Positions 50,917 through 62,156 of a DNA stretch of 64,000 bases are shown one piece after another (the first letter of the stretch is position 1; the number at the start of each line of letters is the position of its first letter). A program made the translations under genes and the position numbers. The DNA comes from Promethearchaeota archaeon. Lineage in GTDB: Archaea; Asgardarchaeota; Lokiarchaeia; Sigyniarchaeales; SOKP01. The stretch lies in the NCBI GenBank assembly GCA_030603385.1, contig JAUVXW010000006.1:32001-96000 (forward strand). The letters are read 5' to 3'. The notes under the pieces were generated by a model. That model did not search any database, was not told the DNA's origin, and saw only the letters and a program-made list of their open reading frames with translations.

Positions 50917-51180
50917 AATCTCTACACTTAGCTATATTATATTCTTTAATATAAAAAAGGATAACTATCTTTTAAAGGGTTGTTTTTATATTTTATTAAC
51001 TTTTACTCAAAATATTTTTACCACATAGTAGAAAGAGATGAATTAGTTTTAGTACCAAAGTGTTAGTCATATTTTAGAATATTTTAGCAAAGATCTCTAA
51101 TTCCAATAATTTTTAAAAAAGTTAATTATTTGTCATTGATTACTTACTTTATATTTTAAAATTGACGTTTTGTAAAAATT

Positions 51181-52431
51181 ATGAATGTTGAAAACGAAGA
51201 GAGGAACGAAGAAGAGAATTTGAAAAAGAAACGACAAAGAGAGAAACCTAGAAGAAAAACTCAAGGCCAAATAGTCCAAGAAGCCTTAGGTTTAAATCCA
51301 ACAGATATCCAAGAGGTTGAGAAAAAACTTTTCATCGTTCGCTTTCTTGATTTCTTTTCTGAAGATACTTTAGAATTTATTTTTAAGGAACGTATCATGG
51401 GGCAAAATCTCGAACGAATGACGTCATATATGAATATACTACAGCTGGAGAGAGAGGAAGAAAAATTATTAAAGCAATCATTTGATTCAAAAAACATAGC
51501 TGGCGTAATAGAAAATGTGAAAAATAAAGCGGAAACATTTGCTGCGAGCAAAGGAATCAAATCTAATGTAAATAAACGTTTACGAAGATTAACTCTATAT
51601 ATTACATTACCATTATTTGCTTTATTAATAGTGTTTACAATCTTCCCCATATTTTCTAGTCTTTACTTTATCTTTTTTCCTATCTTATGTGTTGTATGTT
51701 TAATGCCTCAATTAATAAGAGGGAGTGTAGTGAAAAAATGGTCCCAATTTAAAGAACAAAACAAGAATGATATTTATATAGAAAACAGAGATGACATTAT
51801 GATCTTAAAAAGCTTTACAGGAGAATTATTGAACAATATTAGATCTCGACTTATAGAATTAGAAGTGCCCCTTCAATTAATCAAATTTACACTTTTTAGT
51901 AGAGATTATGAGAATTTGAATTTACTAAACCAGAAAGCAATTCGAGGATTCATGCAATACTTTTATACATTTGAATATCCTTCAGGAATGGAACCATTCC
52001 CTATACCAGAGAATCTACAACAATATCAAGAACCGATAATTCCTGGAAAAAAAGTAGAAAAACCTGAAAAGAATTTCATCGCACTTACAGAAATGAAAGG
52101 GAAAGATGGTGTAATAGATTATTTTGTTCCAACTCTTAAAGATATAGTTGCAGACCAAATTAACACGCTCTTAAATGAGTGTGAATTTACTAAAGCACCT
52201 CATGATTTTAAAACAATCATTCCGAATTATTCAGAAACAATGGCAATTTACTGTATTTGTGGTGAAATTGTTGAAATTGATAATGTCCAAATCTGTAATT
52301 GGAAAAATCAATTTAAATTTTATTTGTTTGAAGCAAAGGAGTGTAATTGTGAAGAATCTGTTTATGCAGTTTCATTGATGGATGAATCCGCAGAAGTTCC
52401 AGAAGAATTTAAAGATATTTTCTATAGTTAA
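51181..52431 (+). CDS. Hypothetical membrane protein (2 TM) with C-terminal CxC...CxC motifs
   Basis: Long ORF; TM hairpin at about aa 137-180; YCICG and ECNCE. Confidence 0.7.
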   Translation: MNVENEERNEEENLKKKRQREKPRRKTQGQIVQEALGLNPTDIQEVEKKLFIVRFLDFFSEDTLEFIFKERIMGQNLERMTSYMNILQLEREEEKLLKQSFDSKNIAGVIENVKNKAETFAASKGIKSNVNKRLRRLTLYITLPLFALLIVFTIFPIFSSLYFIFFPILCVVCLMPQLIRGSVVKKWSQFKEQNKNDIYIENRDDIMILKSFTGELLNNIRSRLIELEVPLQLIKFTLFSRDYENLNLLNQKAIRGFMQYFYTFEYPSGMEPFPIPENLQQYQEPIIPGKKVEKPEKNFIALTEMKGKDGVIDYFVPTLKDIVADQINTLLNECEFTKAPHDFKTIIPNYSETMAIYCICGEIVEIDNVQICNWKNQFKFYLFEAKECNCEESVYAVSLMDESAEVPEEFKDIFYS

Positions 52432-52435
52432 ATTT

Positions 52436-53785
52436 TTATTTCCTTTTTATTTTTGAATGCCATTCATAAAGTAATTTAAATCCTCTTACTGCTCGTTCAA
52501 CCTCGTTTTCAAATACGGGTATTTTTAATTCAGAAGCGGTTTTAATAACTCTTTTTACTCCTTCATGCTCTGCTTGTATTAAGATCGTAATTATTGGTTT
52601 ATCTGGGTATGATTTTTTTATATTATCAAAAATGTTAAAATCAAACTCTATTTCAGTAAAGAATTCTAAAGCTAGGATTAAACCATCAACAGCATCATCA
52701 TTTAATAAAGTTTTAGAAGAAGTATTATAAATTTCGCATATCTTAGTACCCACAAATCTTTCAGGAGGCCAATAATCAACGGGATTCCCTAAATCACAGG
52801 TAGAACCTTGAACCTTCTCAAGAATAATATTTTTGTGATCGTTAGTTAATTTCGCTAAAGATAATCCCTGTTTTCGCATTTCTTTAATAATAAGATATAT
52901 TGCACCTGAACTTGGCCCTATAATGCCTAAATCTGGACTTTTAGGTTCCGGACACCATAGAAAAATCTTTGCAAATTCAAACAATTCAATATAATTAGTA
53001 ACTGCAATTCCGCCCGCACTTATTAATTCCTCTTCCTTTTGTTCCTCTTTTCCAACGTAAAAGAATAATACTGGTTTAATGGATGCTAGTTCTTTCACAG
53101 ATTTAATTATTCTATCTGTAATTTCTCTAAGAAAAATAGAAATAACCTTAGTGGTGTTATCTTCTTTAAAATAATCCAACACATCAGCATCATCAATATC
53201 AAATCCATACCCTAGATGAATCACTTTAGAAATAGGTAAGTCTTGTGAAGGGTTCCACCACCCCATTGCGCCAGCTAATCCTCCAGATTGTGCTATAAAA
53301 CTTACACCTTCTTTTACATTTCGATGTTTTTGCATAAGGTATTGTCTTACTGGGATGATTGAAGTAGTAAAATTATTTATAAAATTAATAATACCAAGCA
53401 TAGAGGGTCCCATGTATGAAACAGCATACTTCTTACTAATTAAGTTCAATTTTTCTATCAAATCTGGATCAGTGGTATCTATTCTTAATTCAGATTCAAT
53501 TGCAATATTTTTAATCCCAAATTTTGCTAACTTTTCAAATATATGAGGTATATTTTTACCAAGAACGATAACAGCTAATTCTGGGATCTCTGGTAACTCT
53601 TCTATTGAGTGATACGACTTAATACCTAATATTTCATCAGCATTAGGATTTAGAATGTACACTTTTCCTCTGTAAAATATCTCTAAGAGGTTTTTTAGGA
53701 TGGTATAACTAAAAGTATAGGCTTTTCTTGAAGCACCAACTATTAAAATACTGTTAGGATTAAAGAAGGGCTCGAGATTTTTCAA
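52436..53785 (-). CDS. CoA-binding, acetate-CoA ligase (ADP-forming) alpha-like protein lacking the phospho-His loop
   Basis: FFNPNSILIVGAS, GPSMLG, QSGG, NPVD; no SHTG motif. Confidence 0.8.
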   Translation of the reverse strand: MKNLEPFFNPNSILIVGASRKAYTFSYTILKNLLEIFYRGKVYILNPNADEILGIKSYHSIEELPEIPELAVIVLGKNIPHIFEKLAKFGIKNIAIESELRIDTTDPDLIEKLNLISKKYAVSYMGPSMLGIINFINNFTTSIIPVRQYLMQKHRNVKEGVSFIAQSGGLAGAMGWWNPSQDLPISKVIHLGYGFDIDDADVLDYFKEDNTTKVISIFLREITDRIIKSVKELASIKPVLFFYVGKEEQKEEELISAGGIAVTNYIELFEFAKIFLWCPEPKSPDLGIIGPSSGAIYLIIKEMRKQGLSLAKLTNDHKNIILEKVQGSTCDLGNPVDYWPPERFVGTKICEIYNTSSKTLLNDDAVDGLILALEFFTEIEFDFNIFDNIKKSYPDKPIITILIQAEHEGVKRVIKTASELKIPVFENEVERAVRGFKLLYEWHSKIKRK

Positions 53786-53986
53786 GTTTAATATTCAAAT
53801 GGTTTTAATATTTATTAATTTTAAGAATATACACAATTTATTATAGTTTATAATTCAACTAAGTCAATTTTAGCATTTAAAAAATATTAAAATAAATTAA
53901 AAGGCTATTAATAAATTAATTTCCTATTCAAAATATTGCTCTAGGGTTTTAGGATTAATAATTTTAATGCAAGTAAAAAAAAGGTT

Positions 53987-54619
53987 TTAAGTAGTTGCAA
54001 ATTCCATTTCATAAAAAGGTATTTCTCTTCTTTTCTTAGCATCATATAAAGGTAAGCCTGATCGTTTCAAAAGTTCAGGAGTTTTATAGTTTAGAATAAC
54101 AGTTTGACAGGGACTCGATATTTTCATAGAAGCAACGCGGAGGCGATCTCTTACTAATGGAAGATTTCTTATATGAGTTCCGACATCAACAATAACTTGT
54201 CCTGCTCTAACTCGGGCAGCCACGCCCATTGATCGACCAAAGGAATTTCTCATGCCTGATTGCACTCTATCTGCACCTGCAAAAGCTAACATACGATTCT
54301 CTCGAATTTTTTGAAAAGGCTTGGGTCTTATTCGTAATCGATAGTTTTGTCTTCCTAATTTACGTTGAAGAACCCCGTTTATCGTAATCCTAATTGCTTC
54401 AAGTGAATTAGAGGAGATTTGAATCTGTCTGTTAACCTTAAGACCCACTACTAAATCAAAAGATTCCCACGGCATTTCTTTATTCCCACCCCAGAAGCGT
54501 ACAATCTTAGACTGAGCGCCTCCACGAGCATATTCCCTACGATGATTTGCAGATCTCTTATGCTGGTATGGTCTCCTCGACCATTTACTATAACAATGCC
54601 AAGGGCGTCTTGAAGCCAT
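53987..54619 (-). CDS. rpl10e: 50S ribosomal protein uL16 (L10e)
   Basis: RPWHCY, SNSLEAIRI, RENRMLAFAGADRVQSGMRNSFG; ATG 54619 after AGGTGA. Confidence 0.95.
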   Translation of the reverse strand: MASRRPWHCYSKWSRRPYQHKRSANHRREYARGGAQSKIVRFWGGNKEMPWESFDLVVGLKVNRQIQISSNSLEAIRITINGVLQRKLGRQNYRLRIRPKPFQKIRENRMLAFAGADRVQSGMRNSFGRSMGVAARVRAGQVIVDVGTHIRNLPLVRDRLRVASMKISSPCQTVILNYKTPELLKRSGLPLYDAKKRREIPFYEMEFATT

Positions 54620-54892
54620 CCCAATCACCTTTTTGAAGAGTTTCCTTTATCTTTATCAGAAATTGGTTAATCTGATTAAAATTAGTTTTTTTAGTTATTT
54701 ATTAATAATAATTTAAATCTAATAAGTTTTTTGAAAGTTACAGTAGAAGTTAATGAATTTATAAAATCAGAAGAGAAAATTTAGATATACTTATAATTGA
54801 TTAACAAATTATATAAAAATCTTGTTAGATACTAAGAATTTGTGAGTTAAAATTTGATTTTCAGATATTTCTAATTGTTTCTTAAAAGTATC

Positions 54893-56035
54893 ATGATTGA
54901 TATAAACACCGCATTAACACTAAAAACAGAATTACTTTGTAAAGGTTTATATCTGGATGAGGGATTAATCGAACATTATAAAGCTCAAGGAATAAATATC
55001 GATTATGGTAGAAAAGGAGGAGCTGGTCCCTCTGGAGGGAGATATTTTTTACTAGAAGATGGAATTACTTTAACAAATGTTGTTCTATGGGATGATCCTA
55101 AAAGAACAGATTTGTTCTTAAAAGAGAATAAAGAAGGCTACTTCCAGGTCTATAATGAAAAAAGAAATGAATTATTTTCTCGATTGAAACTAATCCGAAA
55201 TCCTCGTTTCTATAGTCCTGAATTTAAAACTTCAGATGGAATACCAATGAAAAAAATTGCTTTAGTTCATGGAATCGATTGTCTCGCAAGCACCATCTAT
55301 CAAAAGTGTGTATATTGGGGATGTGGTGAGGCATGCTCATTCTGTGGCATTGAAGTAAGTTTACAAAATGATTCAACTATAATAGAAAAAAATGCCAAAC
55401 AGATGTCAGAAGTCATAGATGCCGCTAAAAAGGAAGGGAGGTGCAATCATATGACTTTAACGAGTGGGACAGATGAAACAATTGATAAGGGTGCAAATAG
55501 ATATATTGAATTACTAAAAGGAGTTAAAAAAAATCATCCTGATCTCCCATTACATATACAAATTGAAGCATTAGAAGATCTGGAGTACATTAACAAATTA
55601 AAAGAAGCTGGAGCAGATACAATTGGCATCCATATTGAAGTTCTTGAAGAGAAGTTAAGAAGAGACATAACTCCTGGAAAATTTCACCTATCTTATCAAC
55701 TTTTTGAAGAAAATTGGAAACATGCAATTAATGTGTTTGGGGATAATCAAGTTAGCAGCTATGTTTTAACCGGCTTTGGAGAAGAAAAAACTAATTTTCT
55801 TGAAGATGTAGAAAAACTTATTTCAGTTGGAGTAATTCCGTATATAACTCCTGTAAGATCTATTCCTGGAAAACGTAAACTTCCCTTAACTGACTGCAAT
55901 GAGTTGTTGGATATATATCAAAGAAGTGCTGACTTGATGAGGGAGTATGGGGTTAATCCATTAAAAAGTAAGGCTGGATGCGTTAGGTGCAGTGGATGTT
56001 CAGCAATTAATGAAGCGTATAAAGCTGTAGTTTGA
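54893..56035 (+). CDS. Radical SAM protein (MSMEG_0568-like)
   Basis: RKGGAGPS, LASTIYQKCVYW...CSFCGI, C-terminal AGCVRCSGCS; track start TTG 54875. Confidence 0.85.
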   Translation: MIDINTALTLKTELLCKGLYLDEGLIEHYKAQGINIDYGRKGGAGPSGGRYFLLEDGITLTNVVLWDDPKRTDLFLKENKEGYFQVYNEKRNELFSRLKLIRNPRFYSPEFKTSDGIPMKKIALVHGIDCLASTIYQKCVYWGCGEACSFCGIEVSLQNDSTIIEKNAKQMSEVIDAAKKEGRCNHMTLTSGTDETIDKGANRYIELLKGVKKNHPDLPLHIQIEALEDLEYINKLKEAGADTIGIHIEVLEEKLRRDITPGKFHLSYQLFEENWKHAINVFGDNQVSSYVLTGFGEEKTNFLEDVEKLISVGVIPYITPVRSIPGKRKLPLTDCNELLDIYQRSADLMREYGVNPLKSKAGCVRCSGCSAINEAYKAVV

Positions 56036-56127
56036 ATTAATTCCTTTTAAAAAATTCACTTAAAATTTAAAATCTTTTTTACGTTTTTAATAAATAAATA
56101 AATTAAATTGTAACTAGTAATCTTACG

Positions 56128-57009
56128 ATGTTGTTAAAAGGAAAGAATATTGTTATTACCGGCGCAGGTAGAGGCATTGGGAGAGCCGTAGCAATAGCAT
56201 GTGCTAAAGAGGGAGCAAATGTTGGATTAACTTCAAGAACGATTGAACAGTTAAATGCCGTGAAAGAGGAAATCGAAGGTTTAGGGACTGATGTAAATTG
56301 TATAATAAAGTCCGCAGATATTACAAGATTAACTGAAGTTTTAGAAACTTTTATGACATTTCATGGTGAACTTGGTCAATTAAATGGTGTAATTGCTAAT
56401 GCTGGAGCATCGTGGCGGGCAAGTGTTCATGAAGTACCTCCAGAGAAATTTGAAATGGTTATTAATACTAATATTTTAGGTGTTTTTTACACTTTTAGAG
56501 CCGCATATCCCTATTTAAAAAGAGACGATAAGAATGATAAAGCAAGGTTCATAATAACCGGAAGTGCCGTTTATCCCTCTGTGATGGGGGGATTTTCCTC
56601 ATATACAGCGTCGAAATATGGGGTCGTAGGATTGCAAAGGGAGTTAGCAACGGAGTATAAAAAAGAAAATATACTTGTAAATATGATACTTCCTATGCAG
56701 GTAGATACAAAACTGTTGAGAGGGAGACGAGCTGGTGATGGGAATAAACCATCAGGTGTACTGAATCCTGAAGATTTGAATGACTATTACTTGTTTGTTC
56801 TATCTTATGAGGCAAATAGAGTAAATGATGAGTTAATCTATCCCAGCAATTTCGAAGCCATGAAAATGATAATAAAGGAAGCACCTGAAGAAAAAAAAGA
56901 AGATTGGGATACATTTAAGGTATTTTTAGAAGAGAAATCTCCAAACTTGTATAACAACGTTAAGAAATATGGAAAGTTAGGTGAATTTATTTTAAATCGT
57001 TCAAAATAA
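56128..57009 (+). CDS. Short-chain dehydrogenase/reductase
   Basis: TGAGRGIG, NAG, YTASK. Confidence 0.92.
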   Translation: MLLKGKNIVITGAGRGIGRAVAIACAKEGANVGLTSRTIEQLNAVKEEIEGLGTDVNCIIKSADITRLTEVLETFMTFHGELGQLNGVIANAGASWRASVHEVPPEKFEMVINTNILGVFYTFRAAYPYLKRDDKNDKARFIITGSAVYPSVMGGFSSYTASKYGVVGLQRELATEYKKENILVNMILPMQVDTKLLRGRRAGDGNKPSGVLNPEDLNDYYLFVLSYEANRVNDELIYPSNFEAMKMIIKEAPEEKKEDWDTFKVFLEEKSPNLYNNVKKYGKLGEFILNRSK

Positions 57010-57038
57010 TTTTCTTAGAAATAATAAAATAAAAATGA

Positions 57039-58343
57039 TTACGTAAAGGGATTTTTATCCTTAAGTATTTTCTGTTGATACTCCATTAAAGGGGGTGGGC
57101 ATAACCCTATTTTAGTTGCTTCTTTCTTAATAGATTTCATAATTTCACCTAAATTTACAGATACAGGACACCAATGGCGGCAATTCTCACAACCAGTACA
57201 CAAGAACAGACCATCTTTTACCGCAGCTTCAATCCCATTGTGAATGTAATCTCGGATAATGCCCTCAGCCCCTAATCCATATTTTGAAGCAAATATATTG
57301 CCAAATGCCCGTGAAGCAGTACATGCATAATTACAAGTTCTACAACCTACACATTTCAGAAAATCTTTATAGATTTTATCTTTCTTCAATGCATTTGTAC
57401 GCCAATCATCCACAAGAATTACAACAACCTCTTTAGCACCATACATCCCAAGGACTCTTTCACCTTGAACATCAGAAGTATTTGAGGGTCCCGCAATAAG
57501 GCTAATATAACTAAATGACACATTATTTATTCTTGTTTGTAGCTTTGCTACAAGTACAGCATCTAAAATAGTGGGTACGATTTTAGTAATTCCACATACG
57601 ACAATGTGCTTTTCAGTTGCTCGCGTTAACAGACTTATATTTCCCTCATTCTCACCAAGTATAATTGTACCATCTTCAGCAGAAATCACATTAGCAGAAG
57701 TTAATGATACTTTTACATCATTAAGTAGTTCTTTACGATAAGTTTCTCGATAATATTTGACAATTGCGCTAGCTTTTGGTTCTAGTTCTACTCCATGAAC
57801 CTCTTTTATTTTTGCAACGATTTCTTCCCTAGTAAAATGAGCACCGGGGCCTATTCCAAAACTAGGTAATTTATAATCAAATAATTGAACAAGAACATCC
57901 CCTAGATCCGTTTCTTTAATCTCAATGTTATTATTTTTTAAAACGTCGATAATTCCAATATCTTTTGCTTCATTTGACTTAGATTTATAGATTACCTTAG
58001 CCTCTCCAATTTCCTTCATAAAAATATCTTGGGCTTCTTCATTAGTTTTTGCCAAATATACTGTCATATTATTTGCTTCGCGCATTACTTTTATACATTT
58101 TTCCACGTAATAATCCATGTTCTGAACGAATTCCTCTTTCATTGCAATAAGTTGATCTCTATACTTTTCAACAAATTCGCGACTACTATCTTCATAAAGG
58201 TATCTTAGATCATGTTGTCGGAATTTTATATTAGATGCAAATTTCCAAAACATTCCGAATTTATTTTCTAGCGTTCCCTCTTTTTGTACAGTATCGATCT
58301 TACTCTTAATTTTTTCATAAAATTCTTTTCCTTTATCACTCAC
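57039..58343 (-). CDS. LutB-like LUD-domain / 4Fe-4S protein (lactate-utilisation type)
   Basis: KSKS, ETDLG, ENEGN, GPSNTSD, CVGCRTC, CTGCENCRHWCP. Confidence 0.85.
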   Translation of the reverse strand: MSDKGKEFYEKIKSKIDTVQKEGTLENKFGMFWKFASNIKFRQHDLRYLYEDSSREFVEKYRDQLIAMKEEFVQNMDYYVEKCIKVMREANNMTVYLAKTNEEAQDIFMKEIGEAKVIYKSKSNEAKDIGIIDVLKNNNIEIKETDLGDVLVQLFDYKLPSFGIGPGAHFTREEIVAKIKEVHGVELEPKASAIVKYYRETYRKELLNDVKVSLTSANVISAEDGTIILGENEGNISLLTRATEKHIVVCGITKIVPTILDAVLVAKLQTRINNVSFSYISLIAGPSNTSDVQGERVLGMYGAKEVVVILVDDWRTNALKKDKIYKDFLKCVGCRTCNYACTASRAFGNIFASKYGLGAEGIIRDYIHNGIEAAVKDGLFLCTGCENCRHWCPVSVNLGEIMKSIKKEATKIGLCPPPLMEYQQKILKDKNPFT

Positions 58344-59076
58344 TTATCGGTTCAACTCCCTCCATTAATTTAGCAATAAAATCCTCAAATTTGATAACGG
58401 GTTTCCTAATATTATTATCCTCTCTAATTCTATTCAATGCTGTATAACAAAAAGGACAAGCTGTTAATAGAGCTTTACCCTTTTTCATATTTTCAAAAAT
58501 TGTCTTTGCATTATAATCGCTATTTTCCTTGAATATTGAATAAACGCCTCCTCCCGCACCACAACATATACTTTTGGTTTTATTATAATCTGATTCTATT
58601 AATTCAATGTTTTCAATTGAATTTAAGATTATTCTTGGCTCTTCAATTATTGGAACAGATGAATTTCTTAGGTGACATGCGTCATGATAATTTACTTTTA
58701 GACTCTTTCCCGAGTATTTTAAATTTAATTTATGTAAATTTTGAGGTTCCGCTAAAAATTGGAGGAAATGCTGTATTTTGACCGTAAATTCAGAACCTAA
58801 AAACTCTTTATAATAACGAGTAAAATAGGAATAACATCCTGCACAAATTGTTACAAGCTCAGTGATATTATTTGTTTTAAACCAATTGTTCACGAATTCA
58901 ACATGTTTTTTCATAATTTCATCTGAAGTCATGTTATATGCTAAAGAACCACAACAAGGAGGATTTTCTATTACTTGATACTCACGATCTAAGAACTGGA
59001 TTATTTTGATTGCATTTTTACAAGTAGAATCATAGAACCGAGTGCTTAAACATCCAAGATAGATAAGTTTACTCAT
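58336..59076 (-). CDS. CCG-domain (Fe-S)-binding protein (LutA/GlcF-like)
   Basis: CCG, CAGC, YHDACH, CCGAGG, ACPFC; overlaps the lutB-like start. Confidence 0.85.
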   Translation of the reverse strand: MSKLIYLGCLSTRFYDSTCKNAIKIIQFLDREYQVIENPPCCGSLAYNMTSDEIMKKHVEFVNNWFKTNNITELVTICAGCYSYFTRYYKEFLGSEFTVKIQHFLQFLAEPQNLHKLNLKYSGKSLKVNYHDACHLRNSSVPIIEEPRIILNSIENIELIESDYNKTKSICCGAGGGVYSIFKENSDYNAKTIFENMKKGKALLTACPFCYTALNRIREDNNIRKPVIKFEDFIAKLMEGVEPISE

Positions 59077-59212
59077 GATTAATTATGATTTTTAATATTT
59101 ATTAATCTTAAATTAGATTGAATAAAATTAAAACCAAATTCTTTTATGAGTCAATAATGATTTTTATAAAGAATCTAGCATTTATCAGAAACAAAAGTTA
59201 CATTAGCTAAAG

Positions 59213-60340
59213 ATGGTTATAGTGTCAAAAACTAAATATTATAAAGATCTCATTGAACGTTTTAATAATTGGATCTTTCGTTTACCCGATTCCAAACAAC
59301 TTATGCCTCTTCTTAAAATAGCGTTTACACCCGAAGAAGCTCAGTTCCTTGCGAAGATTCCTTTTATAGGACATACTGCAGAGCAACTTTCCGAGAAGAT
59401 AGCTATGCCTGTAAAAGAACTTACAGAAAAATTAGAGAGTTTTGCTAGAAAAGGTATTGTCTTTCGCTATGATGATGGATCTACTATTCGTTATTCACTT
59501 TGTGATTCAAATTTTATATTTTATAGATCTATTGGCTGGAAAGGGGAAGATAATAAATTTAATCGAAAGATCTCACCCTACCTAAATCAATATTATATTG
59601 ATGCTTTTGCTATAGAGTTTTTAGACCACCCCACTCAGGGACTCCGAGCAATTCCAATAAATGAAACTATTAAAGATACACGTCAAGTTGTACCATATGA
59701 GGATATCATAAAAGTTGTTGATAATTTCAAATACTATTCTGTATCAAAATGTCCATGCAGTCATAGACATAATCTTGATTCTGATTTTGAAGTATGTGAA
59801 CATGAATTAGAACGGTGCTTACATTTTGATACCCTTGGTAAATATTGCGTAGAAAATGGATTAGGCAGAGAAATTACAAAAGAAGAAACTCTAGAAATAC
59901 TGAAACGAGCTGCTGATGCTGGGTTGGTCCATGGGATTTCAAATACACAGGGTCGAATGGATACTATTTGTAACTGTTGTTCCTGTTGCTGTTTGTACTT
60001 AGAATCAGTAGTAAAGATGCCTGGAATAGTTCCCCGGGGACACCAGCCTTCAAATTATATACGAGAAGCTGATGATGAAAAGTGTACAGGATGTGGTGTT
60101 TGTGTTAGATCGTGTCCGATGAAAGCACTTGAACTTGAAGATAAGAAAGTTATTTTCAATCCAGATAGATGCATAGGCTGTGGTGTATGTGCACATAAAT
60201 GTAAACAAAATGCCAGTTATATGGTACATCGCGATGGAGAACAAGATTTTCCGAAAGATCCTAGAGAACAGGCAATAAGATTTCTCACTGAAAGAGAACT
60301 TGATCCCAACGAAGTTTTTAGAAAGAATTTTTTGGGGTAA
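59213..60340 (+). CDS. 4Fe-4S dicluster protein with N-terminal HTH-like region
   Basis: CPCS, ICNCCSCCC, CTGCGVCVRSCP, CIGCGVCAHKC. Confidence 0.85.
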   Translation: MVIVSKTKYYKDLIERFNNWIFRLPDSKQLMPLLKIAFTPEEAQFLAKIPFIGHTAEQLSEKIAMPVKELTEKLESFARKGIVFRYDDGSTIRYSLCDSNFIFYRSIGWKGEDNKFNRKISPYLNQYYIDAFAIEFLDHPTQGLRAIPINETIKDTRQVVPYEDIIKVVDNFKYYSVSKCPCSHRHNLDSDFEVCEHELERCLHFDTLGKYCVENGLGREITKEETLEILKRAADAGLVHGISNTQGRMDTICNCCSCCCLYLESVVKMPGIVPRGHQPSNYIREADDEKCTGCGVCVRSCPMKALELEDKKVIFNPDRCIGCGVCAHKCKQNASYMVHRDGEQDFPKDPREQAIRFLTERELDPNEVFRKNFLG

Positions 60341-60486
60341 ATTAACTTCCTTTTTATTTCAATGTATTTTATCAATTAGATAATCTTTAAAAAAAATTAA
60401 TATAATTACAAAATCTTATCTATTTGAGATTAATCATTTTTATGTAATTTTATTAAGAATCAAAATACTTCAATAAAACGATTTTT

Positions 60487-62142
60487 ATGGCAGAATTTGA
60501 TAAAATTAAAGAAGATATGGAAGATTGGCAGAATTCTTATCCAACCAAAAAAGAGCGAAGAAAAAGTTTTAAAAATCTTTCTGATATAGAAATTAAACGT
60601 CTCTATACTCCAAATGATGTTAAAGAGCTTAATTATGAACTAGACTTAGGATTTCCCGGACAATATCCTTTTACTCGAGGAGCGTATCCTAATATGTATA
60701 GAGGCCGATTATGGACTATGAGACAATTTGCCGGTTTTGGAACTGCTGAACAGACTAACAACCGCTATAAATTCTTAATCGAACATGGTCAAACTGGATT
60801 AAGCGTTGCTTTTAGTTTGCACACAATTTATGGTATTGAAGCAACCGATCAAAAGGCTTTGGGAGAAATTGGAAAGGAAGGAGTGGCGATTGATACACTG
60901 AAAGATATGGAAACACTTTTTGATGGTATTGATCTATCGAAGATTAGTACATCCATGACTATTAATGCACCAGCGTCTATTTTATTAGCAATGTACATAG
61001 TGACTGCCGAAAAACAAGGCCATTCTCCTGAGCAATTGAGAGGGACTATTCAAAATGATATTTTAAAGGAATATATCGCGCAGAAGTCATGGATATATCC
61101 CCCAGAACCATCGATGCGTTTAATTGTGGACACGATAGAATACTGTACTAACCATGTTCCACAATGGTATACAATCAGTATAAGTGGATATCATATTCGA
61201 GAGGCGGGTTCAACTGCAGTTCAAGAGTTAGCCTTCACTTTGGCTGATGGTTTTGCTTATGTTGAAGCTGCAATCGAAAGAGGTTTGGATGTTGATGATT
61301 TTGCCCCTCGGTTGTCTTTTTTCTTTAATTCTCATAACAACTTCTTCGAAGAAGTATGTAAATATAGGGCTGCTAGAAGGATTTGGGCTAAACATATGAA
61401 AAATAAATACGGAGCAAAAAAGCCAGAATCCTTGAGACTACGATTCCATACTCAAACAGCGGGGGTTTCTTTAACTGCCCAAGAACCTGAAAATAATATG
61501 GTGAGAGTAACACTTCAGGGTTTAGCTGCTGTTTTAGGAGGGACTCAATCATTACACACGAATTCTTTTGATGAAGCTTTATGTCTTCCTACTGAAAATG
61601 CTGTAAAAATAGCATTAAGGACACAGCAAATCATCGCACACGAATCAGGAGTAACTGATACAGTTGATCCCTTAGCTGGATCTTATTATGTGGAATGGCT
61701 TACAAATAAGATGGAAGAAGAAGCTGAGAATTACTTTCAGCAGATTGATGAATTGGGAGGGGTTATTCCTGCAATAAAAGCCAACTTCTTTCAAAAGGAA
61801 ATAGCAAATGCCTCCTATAAATACCAACAAGAAATTGAGAACAGAGAAAGAACAATAGTCGCTGTAAACCAATATCAACAAAAAGAACCATGTACGATCC
61901 CTTTATTGAAAATTGATGAGGAAGTTGCGAAAGAACAGGTGAATACATTAAATAAAATAAAACAGGAACGAGATAACGATAAGATTCAAGAAAATCTATT
62001 AAAATTGAAAGAAGCCGCTAAAGGAACAGAAAACTTAATGCCTTATATTATGGATGCTATCAGAGTTTATGCCTCTATTGGAGAAATTATTAATACATTA
62101 AAAGAAGTATTTGGAGTATATTTTGAAGACTCGATTTTTTAA
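60487..62142 (+). CDS. B12-dependent acyl-CoA mutase large subunit, with isobutyryl-CoA-mutase-like specificity residues
   Basis: PGQYPFTRG, WTMRQFAGFG, GTIQNDILKEYIAQ, ISGYHIREAG, QSLHTNSFDE. Confidence 0.92.
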   Translation: MAEFDKIKEDMEDWQNSYPTKKERRKSFKNLSDIEIKRLYTPNDVKELNYELDLGFPGQYPFTRGAYPNMYRGRLWTMRQFAGFGTAEQTNNRYKFLIEHGQTGLSVAFSLHTIYGIEATDQKALGEIGKEGVAIDTLKDMETLFDGIDLSKISTSMTINAPASILLAMYIVTAEKQGHSPEQLRGTIQNDILKEYIAQKSWIYPPEPSMRLIVDTIEYCTNHVPQWYTISISGYHIREAGSTAVQELAFTLADGFAYVEAAIERGLDVDDFAPRLSFFFNSHNNFFEEVCKYRAARRIWAKHMKNKYGAKKPESLRLRFHTQTAGVSLTAQEPENNMVRVTLQGLAAVLGGTQSLHTNSFDEALCLPTENAVKIALRTQQIIAHESGVTDTVDPLAGSYYVEWLTNKMEEEAENYFQQIDELGGVIPAIKANFFQKEIANASYKYQQEIENRERTIVAVNQYQQKEPCTIPLLKIDEEVAKEQVNTLNKIKQERDNDKIQENLLKLKEAAKGTENLMPYIMDAIRVYASIGEIINTLKEVFGVYFEDSIF

Positions 62143-62156
62143 ATTGGTGAAATTAA

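Noticed and set aside
54530-54570. Extra residues (QHKRSANH) in the uL16 N-terminus as a possible third intron
   Set aside because: Local pairing exists, but I could not build a 3-4-3 BHB geometry; more likely a lineage-specific protein insertion.
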